The position numbers were made by a program, and so were the translations under genes. The notes beneath the pieces were generated by a model. The model made no database searches. It saw only the letters and a program-made list of their open reading frames with translations, and was not told the DNA's origin. From Eledone cirrhosa (Eukaryota), in contig OZ024746.1 of assembly GCA_964016885.1 (NCBI GenBank), positions 38,254,001-38,318,000 of the forward strand: DNA of 64,000 bases, given 5' to 3'. Position 1 is the stretch's first letter, and the number at the start of each line of letters is the position of its first letter. This document shows positions 1-11,176 of the stretch, in pieces.

Positions 1-598
1 TGTTCAGCAACACTCCATTTCAGAATTCCCCTACTGTACCTAATAATAAACACAGCTCGGGGATTCACTGCACTTATGGCATTCCTACTATGTAGATGTA
101 ATTTTAATACGCTCCTTATTCTCCGAATGTACTCAGATCTTATCAATTCCTTCATGATTTGGTTATTGATGTCATCTGATTCCAGAACACCTAAATACTT
201 GTATCCTTCTTCAGTGTCAATTTCCTTTATCATCACACCTGTTGGTACCTGGATTCCGTTGCTTCTGCTCAATTTACCCCTCTTCATCACTAGGACTCCA
301 CAATTATTAATACCAAATCGCGTACATATATCATAACGAACAGTGTCAACAAGTACATCCAATTCCTTCTCACTCTTCCCAAAGAGTTTAAGATTGTCCA
401 TTAAGAGGAGGTGATTGATGGTAAGCTCTCCCTTTCCCAACTTGTATCCTGCTCTCACTTTTCGCAGTATAATGGTCAGGAGTATCAGGGCAAGGACAAA
501 CAACAGAGAGGACAAACTATCTCCCTGGAAGATACCTCTCTTGATCTTCACGCCTCCCAAGGATTCTCCACCCGATGTTAACTCTGTTTCCCAGGACT
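1..598 (-). mobile_element. R4/Dong-clade LINE RT fragment (family 1, diverged copy), runs off the window start
   Basis: Reverse complement aligns with ~53500-54110 of the R4-type ORF ([16 protein letters not shown] and YKYLG regions). It is joined directly to the Tx1 copy at ~600. Confidence 0.85.
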
Positions 599-601
599 TT
601 C

Positions 602-3600
602 CTCAGAGTCACACCTTCCTCACAAACTAACACCTCACACCGACACCATCATTGTAAATATTACTACGTTTGCCAACACTAAAAATATAAGCAGTAGCAA
701 TATTTTTAATTTGTCTCAGCCAGACATTCATTTCCCGCCATTACCAATGACTGCAGGTGTTAAAGCCCCCCCCCCCCCACCACCACCACCACCACCACCA
801 CCACCACCACCACAGCGTCAAGCCCCGCCACCACCACCACAGCGATAACAGAAGCAAAAGAAAAAAATAAATTAACTCGTGATATCGAAATGAATTAAAC
901 CAAAATGAACTCTTCCATATCGAACACCACTGATGCCACCACCACCACAACTGAAACTAAGATTAACAATAACAAAAATAACGATAACAACAACAGCAAC
1001 AATGAAATTAAGAAAACTACCCTGAGTTTTGCCAGAGTAGCAAAAACGTACGAAGCGATCCAGGTAACTCAGGAGGAATTAGAAGAAGCCAAAAGAATGG
1101 TAAAGAAAGATGGGTACAGGGTCAGCCCCCCCCCCCCCCCACACACACACACCTAATACATTGTCTTATCGGACAATTAACATTAAATCGCGGCGAGTGG
1201 AACGGGAATCCGAGTCCCAAATCCAAAAATGTTTGGGACATGTGTGGGCAAGAAAACCCCACATCAAACTTGGGCAGAAATATGGAACCGTGGACGTGTT
1301 TTTGAAACACCACAGAAGGCCAGAAAACACTCCATGGCCCCATTAAGAAGTGACGACTTCACACTCGTCCCAAGCTATTGTGGCCAGAGACTTGTGAAGA
1401 TCAGGGTCACCCACGTTCCACCGGCCATCGAAATTCCTTGGCTAATAGCGGCCGTCCTCGCCGGCATTGAAGCCAACACAAAGATAATAGCAATAGCGAA
1501 AGAAAAGCAGGAGAACTGGGCCGCATCTGGGATGGAGCTCCTGATCCAAGCGGACCAAAAAAGCAATGAGGAGATCCCAGAGGTAATAGACCTCACTGAC
1601 GGTAGCCACCTCACTGACGGTAGCCACCTCACCGTAATCGTCGAGGGCAGAAGGCCTAGGTGTGTCGTTTGTGGTGAAGGAACCCACCTAAGGACTTTCT
1701 GTCTCAGGCTAAAAAGTTGAGGCCACCTCTCTTACCCGCCCCAGTGACTCAACCATCAACACCACCAGCAGCAGAAATAGCAGCAACAACCGTAGCAGCA
1801 ACAACAGAAGCAACTGTAACAGCAACAACCCCTGCAACAGTAGCAAAACCAACACCACCACCACCCAACGCGCCAGAACTAGCACCAGCGCCTACATCAT
1901 GCACCACGCCACAATCAAAACCAACGCCTGTGGAGCATTTTCCACTGCCCGGCTTATCGCAACTGGAGACAGATTGTGACGACGAGGAGTGGGAAACGGT
2001 ATCAGGAAAAAAGAAAAAAAGAAACCAAAAAAGAAAAGAAATTCTCTTCCTTCACCCTCCAAAAACAAAATACAGAGGGAAGCAAATAAATTATCCAACA
2101 AAAAGTTAGGACAGATATGCCACCATCCACACCAGCATCACCAACCTCATCACCACAAACACCAACACCATCACCATCATTAACCCCAACACCACCATCA
2201 CCAACACCACAAAAGTCATCAAAAAGCGTAACAGGGCCACCTGCTCAACGACCTCAGGTCACTAAACATAGATGTAGTGGCCATCAGCGAGAGCAGAATC
2301 TCCGAAGCACGGGCCTTCGCATCGATCTTCGGCGGCTACAATGTGTACGCATCTCCCAGCCGTCCGGGATCGGGGGGAGGAGTTGCTGTGCTATTTCGGG
2401 GAGGTTTGGATCTCGCCATACGGGCCATCTACCTAGACCCAGAGGGTAAGTTGGTGGTGCTGGACGTGACCAGCGGAGACGGGCAAGCTTTCAGGCTAGT
2501 GCCCGTCTATGCCCCGATAGGAGCAGGGCGGCCTGATTTCTTCTGGCGTATGGAGACCTTTCTTGGAACGTCCCGCTCTTTAGTGTTAGTGGGCGACTGG
2601 AACGGGATCTTAGATGCACAGTGGGACTGTGTGGGATTAGCGGATAGGGGAGGAGGATGCAAGAGCCTCACCAACCTGCTCAGGTGTTTTGAACTGTCTG
2701 ACAGGTACCGATTGGATTTCCCGAATGTGCCAATTTGGACTTGGACAAATCCATAGGGTCATCCAGATCATATCTAGATAGAGTATTTTGTAGGGAAATA
2801 GATAGGTCTAGCATAGGCTGTCCACAATTCAAGATAGTCAGCTACACGGATTAAGGAAATAGTTAAGCGGGCGTTGACGGGGGCCATCGTCAACAACGGT
2901 GGTGGTTAGCTCTGAAAAGAGCGATTAGAACAGAGTCCATTAGGTTTAGTAAGGCTTTAGCAATAGAGAAAATTAGAGTAGACGGAGAACTAGTTAGAAA
3001 ATTAGACGAGGCGCTTAGCAAAGGCATCGCGACCGACGTACTTGCGGCGAAATTGGCCCTTGGCCAATTCTTCAATGCAAAGCACGAAGGCTGCGTTGTC
3101 AGAGCTAGGGTGCGTGCTCTCAGATACGAGGGGAAGAAAGCCGTTCAATGGGCCCGAGTGGCGGAGGCGCGCGGTGGCAACAAAACCGCGATCCGTTCTT
3201 TGGTGGACCACGACGGGCACATGCTACTCGATGCCGGGCAAATGTGTGAAGCTTTTCAGCGACACTTCGCTCAGCTGTTCGGGGGCAGTGGTGGGCCGGG
3301 TCGAGGGATGGTCTTTAGTGTCTACCTCGACGGACTGCCACGGCTCTCGGCCACTGAGGCGGAGTGTTGTGAAAAGCCGATAACAGCCGCTGAAGTACGG
3401 GAGACAATGACTGGCTGCACAAGGGGTAAATCGCCTGGTTTGGATGGTCTGCCCTATGAACTTTACGTACAGATGCCAGACTTGTTCGGAGGCCTCTTGG
3501 CGGACGTCTACTGCAACTGGCAACAGAACGGCAAAATTACCAGCTCTGTGAGCCGAGGAGCGGTGGCACTGCTGAGAAAGGATCCGAACCAGGGGGATAA

Positions 3601-5501
3601 CATAGATAATTTCAGGTCCATAACTCTGCTAAACACAGAGTTCAAGATTTTGGCCAAGGTGCTAGCAAAGAGGTTGGCGCTTGTCGTTTGTGGTCTGGTG
3701 GGAGAGGCGCAGGCATGCGCCATTCCCGAAAGATCCATCCACGACAACCTCCACCTCATGCGATCCATCGTAGTGAGGGTAGCTAGGGAACCTGGCACGG
3801 GTGGGTCCTTGATCAATTTAGATCAGTCGAAAGCTTTCGATAGGGTCGACCTAGCGGCAGACCTGAGGGCGGCTGGCTTTGGGCCCGTCTTCAGAGGCTG
3901 GATCGCTGCCATGCACAGCGACATCTGCTCTGTGGTGAGAGTGAACGGTCACCTTTCGGAACCGTTCAACATCAAGCGCTGGGTCCGCCAAGAATGTCCC
4001 CTCTCGTCCCTCTTGTACGTATTGACTCTCGAGCCATTACTGCACAAACTGGAGACGTTAGGAGGCGTCCCGCGCGAACAAGGATACGGAAGATCCGTGT
4101 CAGCATATGCGCACGATGTCACCGTAGTGGTGTCGAACGCCAAACCCATCGAGGCGATCGGCACTACACTAAGAGAATACGAAGCGGTGACAGGAGCAAT
4201 GATCAACCAGGAAAAGTCAGTGGGCATGCAGCTCGGCACCTGGAGAGACAGGTCCATGCCGTCCAACAGCGTCGTCGGACGCTGGACGGACGGACCGGTT
4301 AAATTGCTAGGGGTCTGGTTCGGTCCGGACCTCCAGACGGACAAAAACTGGGACGAGGTGACGAGCAGGGTGGCTTCTCTCACCCAGAAATAGGCCGAGA
4401 GGAAGCTATCCCTGAAAGTTCGAGCGGAGGTGGCTAACGCGTACATAGCGTCTGTCATCTGCTACCTCCTGACCGTCGTACCTTGTCCTAAGACCCGCCT
4501 GACTGTGCTGGAGCGTTTGCTCTTTCGCTTTTTGTGGAAGGGACGTGCTCCCATGGTCAGGCTGTCCATCTGTTGTCGTGGAGGGCTGGGCATGCCGTGG
4601 CTGGTGATGCGCAGATACGAGCTCAGGCTACGACATCTCCACCTCTTCCTCGACGGTGATCAGGTGTGGTCACAGTTTGCTAGACACGTATTTCCCCAAT
4701 CTCTTCGGAAGAACTTTCGGGCCGGGAACTATGGACAACTTCCAGAAATTTCTGGCCTGGCAGTGCTACCGAGGAGCCTTGCCAGTTCGGGATAAACTCT
4801 ACAGGCATGGACGTGCCGTCAGCCGGGCTTGTCTGAGATGCGCGCAGGGCGACGAAACCGTCCTTCACGCACTCGTCCAGTGTCCGAAAATTGCTGACTT
4901 GTGGGTTTATGTTGAACACCTGCTGTCGCGTGTAGGACGGATCCGGCTATCATCTGAGCCATCGTGAGGATTGCCCCGCCCTCCTTTAGCCGGGAAGGGC
5001 AGGCAGTTTTTATCTGTCTAGTGGCCATGGTGAAAGAGATAGTATGGTGGACACGTTTGAAAGGGCTGAAGACGAGCACTTACCTCTTCGGTGATGCCCT
5101 GATTGACTTTTTCAAATTTCATTTGAAAAGGAATATAAGAGTAGAGAGGGAAGTGCTCTTTTCCCAGCATTTTGTTGAAAGATGAGTGAGAGAAGAAAGA
5201 ATGGCCCGAGTGAATGGGCCTACTCTGAGTATGTATCTGTAAATTAAAGGTGGAAAACTGGGAGAAGGCAGTTGCCTTGTTGGTCAGGGTCACTGTGGCC
5301 TTTTACTGGGCTTACTCCACAAATTTCCCTCCGAAGTCTCCCCCCTATTAGGAAATGTTTCATTGTTATTTTTTGTTACATCCTATGTTTTTGTTTTTTA
5401 CACGCAGAAATGCCCATTTGTACCGTCCTGTATTGTCCTGCACTGTCCTTAATGTCTACTTTATGTAAACCCTTGTGATTAATAAAGAAATCATTATTAT
5501 A

Positions 5502-5545
<44 letters not shown>

Positions 5546-5555
5546 GATTATTATT
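602..5555 (+). mobile_element. L1/Tx1-clade LINE, subfamily A copy 1 (5'UTR missing, frameshifted, internally deleted)
   Basis: ORF1 pieces with zinc knuckle CVVCGEGTHLRTFC (1229-1720); APE endonuclease with VGDWN (2277-2756); RT with KSPGLDG, DQSKAFDRV and degenerate YAHD (3053-4393); C-terminal CLRC..ETVLHALVQC; AATAAA at 5481 followed by a (TTA)n tail. Confidence 0.93.
5493..5555. repeat. (TTA)n tract: tail of Tx1-A1 and 5' flank of Tx1-B
   Basis: Direct inspection. Confidence 0.95.
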
Positions 5556-5790
5556 AATTCTTTGGCCGCACATGTGTGAAGACAGACAAGTCTGCGGGGG
5601 AAAAGGTTCGTAGCTTTAAGCTGTTTTAAAGTGTCTTTTTTTTGTATTTTTTCTTGTCATTAACGAAACTTAAGGTACACATCTTGATTTAAAGAGAGGG
5701 ATACCTCTCAATATTCGGGCTTTAAGCCCGAATATTCAGATTTATTTTTAAAATCTTCGAAAAAAATCGCTTCCCCACCAAAAGAAAATT

Positions 5791-7741
5791 ATGGAAATTT
5801 TCGAACTTGAAACGGTAAACAACGTTCAGGTCAAAAGTTTAAAGGCAGCCACTGCAGATTTCACCACGACTACGACGGCTACAGTCATGCCTGTCATCCA
5901 CTCTACTGAATGTGAAGGCAAAACTAAAAAGCTACCATCACAACCTTCTGGCATAGCAGCAGTATCATCTGAAAACGACATCACCACCACCGCCACCACC
6001 ACAACAACAACAACAACTCAGAGCAATAACGACAAAAACACCGACAGCTTCAATGTAAACAAGGATGGCGGTGGCATCAGCAAGAATGACAACAACAACA
6101 ATAAGAGCATCAGAAACACCACATTTGCTGCAGCAGCAGCAGCAAAAACAAAGCGCTTATTGAATATCGATATTGATATTAGCGATAAAGACGAACAGTT
6201 GGCCAAAGCGTGGAGGCTAATTAAACGGGAGAAGTCCTGGGCAAACCTGACCATCCCGGACGAGGCAATAGCGGCCATGCAAAGGAGGACGGTGCAGACA
6301 CGAAAAGTGGAACTTGCGAGCCAAGCAGAGGTAGAGGCTGCTTTGGAGTACATCGGAAGTAACATAGAGTACAAAGCAAGAGGCAAACAGTTCGGTACCA
6401 TCTCGGTACTGTTCAAATCCGAGGCCCCCGCTATTAAGCACTCGGTGCTCCCCTTCAGAACGGAACGCATTATCATGCATCCGTCCTATATGGGTAAAAG
6501 GACAGTGAAGGTACGCATTCCCAGCATCCCACCAGGAATGAACATATGGTGGCTGCTGGGATGCGTAATCGAGGAGGGGACAGACACCACCCTCCTGGAC
6601 ATCAAAAGGACAGAGAGAGAAGACTGGTCCGGAATGGATTTGGAGATTCTTCTCCAAATGAAACCGGAGGATATAAATAACATCCCAGATTTTGCCCGCC
6701 TGCAGGACGGGACAACAATCCAACTAATGATTGACGGAAGAAGGCCAGGTTGCTTCGTTTGCGGGGAAGCCACGCATCTTCAAGCTTTCTGCCCTCAGCG
6801 CAAAAATGCAGGGGGTCGCAAACCTCCGTTATTGCCAACGCCAGTGTCAGCACGGAAAGCTGCACCACCACCACCACCAAAAACAACATCAAACAAAACA
6901 CGGACACCAACATCAAAAACAGCCGGATCACCACCAACACCAAAACCAATCCAAGGAGAAAACTAGGAAAGCTCTCCCACTCCCCCTACCCCCCAACTAT
7001 ATACATAGACAAAAAAAAAATAAACGCACACACAGACACAGAGACACTCACAGACACAGACCCTTTGTCTTCCAGCAGCGAAGATGAAGGAAAACCCAAA
7101 AGTGCAAAAAAACAGAGAAAACTCACAAAAAGAAAAAGCCCCTACAAAACACAAAAACACACACAACAAAAAATACAGACACCACTAACGTAGACACTTC
7201 CCCAATAACATCAGCACCATCAGCAACATCGACACCACCTCCACAATCCCCGAAACGCAAACAACCTAAACAAACACAAGTACAAATAAACACACAAATA
7301 CTTGAAATTGCAGACACCACACCTACAACAAACATAGACATACCCGAAACAACACCACCAAAACCATCGCCACCACCTTCACCAAAACGAAAACAAATAA
7401 AACCACACCAACAAAATGTTAAAAACTTCGTGCTTGTCAGAAGGGCCAACGATAAACTGATGGCCCTCTTAGCGCGAAGCGAGGACATTCAAACAGAGGG
7501 GGAGATTTTTGAAATGAGCACATTTTGCGTGCCAGAAGATTTGCTTCTGGTCCGAATGTCACTCAATTCCTTCAAAGAAATTCGAGAGAGCTTTCCTCAA
7601 GACGTGGGAAACCCGAATGTGAAACCCACATCAAGACTTTTAAAGGGGTTCCCAAAAGAAACCCCACCAACCATGGAGGTCGAACCACCCGACCTTCACA
7701 AGACCCGGGAGGTAAGTAAACCTTCCCTCTCTCTCTCTTAG
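5791..7741 (+). pseudogene. Tx1-B ORF1 (gag-like nucleic-acid-binding protein), disrupted after 6966
   Basis: 391-aa ORF with Thr/Asn-rich N-terminus and CX2CX4HX4C knuckle CFVCGEATHLQAFC. The Pro/Lys/Thr-rich continuation and the C-terminal ORF 7430-7741 are homologous to other copies' ORF1 ends (FPQDVG vs FPKDIG). Confidence 0.8.
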
Positions 7742-7750
7742 CTTACCAAT

Positions 7751-10700
7751 ATAGCCATATTAAGAGTAGGAAGTTTAAATGTTCGCGGCCTGGGGTCACC
7801 CTGGAAGCAGGGTCGCCTGCTCAACGACCTCCGGTCGCTGGAAATGGATGTGATTGCCGTAAGCGAGACCAGAATTTCCGACACGCGTGCACTAGCCCCC
7901 ATTTTCGACGACTATCAGACCTTCGCATCTGTTAGCAGGCCGGGAATGGGGGGTGGGGTGGCAGTGCTGCTTAGGAAAGGACTGGATCTCGAGGTAAGGT
8001 CGATCTTCCGGGACCCGGACGGTAAGTTGGTGGTCTTGGATGTGAGCAGTAGCGAAGGTGGTGCCTTTAGACTGCTGGCCGCCTACGCCCCTACAGGGGC
8101 CGGACGACCTGACTTCTTTAGGCGCCTGGAGACCTTTCTGGGTACGTCTCGCCCTTTACTGTTAGCGGGGGACTGGAATGGCATCTTAGACGCACGCTGG
8201 GATTGTGTGGGAGTAGCCGATAGGAGCGGGGGGTACAAAAGCCTCAAGCACCTACTCAGCCAGTTCCAACTGTCTGACAGGTATCGACTAGATTTCCCCA
8301 ATGTGCCAGTATGGACATGGACCAACCGAATGGGGTCATCTAGATCGTTATAGACAGAATCTTCATTAGGAAAATAGATAGAAATAGTGAGGGCTGTCCA
8401 CTTTTTAAAACGGTCGCCTATTCAGATCACAAATTTGTGATCTGTACGGTCGACCTAAATAAAACGCGTAGGTTAGGACCGAGTTACTGGAAGCTGAACA
8501 TGTCATTTCCGGCACGTAAGGCTTACAGGGACCGAGTCAATAAGTTAGTTAAGCAAAAGTTGAAAGGGGGGATCATCAACAACAGATGGTGGGGGGCTCT
8601 CAAAAGAGAGATTAGAGTAACTTCGATAGAGTTCAGCAAAGAACTAGCGTTAGAGAAAAATAGAAAGGAGGGGGAGCTGGTAGATAAGTTAGACGAGGCT
8701 ATTTGTAGTGGCATCGCAACTGACGTGCTAGCGGCGAGAATGGCATTAGACCATTTCTTCAATGCCAAACACGAAGGTTGCATTGTCAGAGCTAAGGCGC
8801 GTGCGCTGAGAAACGAGGGAACTAAAGCTGTTCGATGGGCCCGCGTGGCGGAGGCGCAGCGTGGTAATAAAACCACAATTCGGTCTTTGGCGGACCGAGA
8901 CGGACACGAGATAAGCGATTCCAAGCGGATGTGTGAGGCCTTTCCCCAGCACTTTGCTCGGTTGTTCGAGTGGCGAGTCAGATAGAGTAGCGGATTTCAG
9001 TCCCTGCCTTGACGGCGTGCCGCGCATCTCGACGGTCGACGCTGAGCGCTGCGAAAGGCCGATTACTTCAGCCGAAATTCAGGACGCCCTTGTCGGCTGC
9101 ATGAGGCGCAAGTCACCCGGCTTGGATGGCCTGCCCTACGAGCTTTACGTAAATATGCCAGACTTGTTCTCCGAACTCCTCGAAGCACTCTACTGTAACT
9201 GGCAGCAGAATGGGAGTATTCCCAGTTTTGTGAGCAGGGGAGTGGTGACGCTGATAAGGAAAGACGAGAACAAGAGGGATACATTAGACAACTTCAGGCC
9301 CATAACTCTGCTCAACACAGAGTTTAAGATTTTGGCCAAGGTGTTAGCAAAGAGATTGGCGCTTGTCGTCGAGGATTTGGTTGGGGAGGCGCAAACTTGC
9401 GCAATCCCAGCCAGGTCCATACACGACAATCTCCACCTCATGCGATACATCATAGAGTGGGTAGGGTGTAAACCTAGCTTCGGTGGGGCACTGATCAATT
9501 TAGATCAATCGAAAGCATTCGATAGGGTCGACCATCGGTATCTGGAGTTTGTCCTCAAAGCAGCTGGCTTCGGCCCTGTCTTTAGAAGCTGGATCGTTGC
9601 AATGTACAGCGGCACACGCTCGGTGGTCAAGGTTAATGGCCACCTCTCGGAACCATTTCCGCTCTCCCGATCGGTCCGTCAAGGGTGCCCTCTCTCTTCC
9701 CTTCTGTACGTATTGAGTCTCGAGCCTTTACTGCGGAAGCTGGAGCTGTTGCAGGGCATCCCGCTCGAACCGGGACGTGGAAAGGCGGTGTCGGCTTATG
9801 CGGACGACATCACCGTGATGGTGTCGAACACCTCAGAAATCGAGGTGGTCGGCACCTTATTGAAGGAATATGAAAGGTTGACAGGAGCCAAACTTAACTC
9901 GGAAAAGTCGGTGGGCTTGCAGCTCGGAACCTGGAGAGGCAAGCCCATGCCGTCCAACAGCGTCGTGGGGCACTGGACGGACGGACCAGTAAAGTTGCTC
10001 GATGTTTGGTTCGGACCAGACCTCCAGGTGGAAAAGAATTGGGACGAGGTAACGAGCAGAGTAGCCAGTCTCACCCAAAAATGGGCTGGGAGGAAGCTAT
10101 CACTGAAAGATCGCGCGGAGGTGGCGAATGCGTACATCGCGTCCGTCATCTATTACCGCCTAACCGTCGTGCCTTGCCCCCGTCCGCGCCTCGTCAAGTT
10201 GGAACGGCTCCTCTTCAAATTCTTGTGGAGGGGACAAGTTCCGTTGGTGAGGCGGTCCATCTGCTGCCAGCACCCTCTACGCGGAGGGCTGGGCATGCCG
10301 TGGCTAATGATGCGCAGACATGCGTTGAGGCTGCGACATCTCCAGATATTCTGCCTCAATGGTGAACAGGTGTGGTCACCGTTTATCAGACGGGCCTTTC
10401 CGCAGCTCATTTCTTTGACTGAGCTGCAGTCCTGGGTCAAGAAGAGACCGAGACTGGGTGACTGGCACCTGGAATGTTGCCAGGCACTCACTGCCCTCTA
10501 CCAAGCGGGCAATGCGATCTGTGGAACTTCCACTCTCAAGTTCTATAGAGGATTAGTGGTGGGCAAGTGCGATGACGCACTCGGAGAAGCTTTGGGCCTC
10601 GACGAAGTCGAACTGACCAGTCTGTACCGGAGGACTTTTGAGCCGGGGACGATAGACAATTTCCAGAAATCCCTCGCTTGGCACTGTTACCGGGGGGCAC

Positions 10701-11176
10701 TGCCGGTTCGGGATAAACTCTACAGGCACGGAAGTGCTGTCAGACAGACCTGCCCAAGATGCGCACAGAACGACGAAACCGTTCTGCACGCACTTGTCCA
10801 ATGTCCGTGCATTACTGACTTGTGGAGTTATGTCGAACAGCTACTGTCGCGTGTGGAACGAATCCAGTTATCGGCCGAGTCCATAGTGAAGATCGAGCCG
10901 CCACCTTCCTTAGGTCAGGAAGAGCAGGACATTTTCCTCTGTCTGGTGGCAGTTGCGAAAGAGATTATATGGTGGACCAGGTTGAAAGGACTAAAGACAG
11001 ACTCTTTTCTCTTCGGCCAATCCCTCATCAATTTCTTCAAGTTTCACCTGGAAAGGAGGGTGAGGGTGGAGAGAGAAGTGCTGCCCCCCCCCCCCCCCAG
11101 TACATTTGCTAAAAGGTGGGTGAATGTGGCGAGAATGGCTCGTGTGAATGGGCCTACTCTGACGATGCGCCTATAG
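7751..11176 (+). pseudogene. Tx1-B ORF2 (APE endonuclease, reverse transcriptase, C-terminal zinc finger) with two frameshifts
   Basis: ORFs 7844-8353 (SETR, AGDWN), 8437-8985 and 8933-11176 (747 aa: KSPGLDG, FRPITLLN, QGCPLS, YADD, CPRC..ETVLHALVQC). Start codon appears mutated to ATA. Confidence 0.92.

Noticed and set aside
3508-4458. Recurrent antisense ORFs (MIKDPP.., MTDAMYA..) in every Tx1 copy
   Set aside because: Shadow frames of the GC-rich RT coding strand; recurrence is explained by copy homology.
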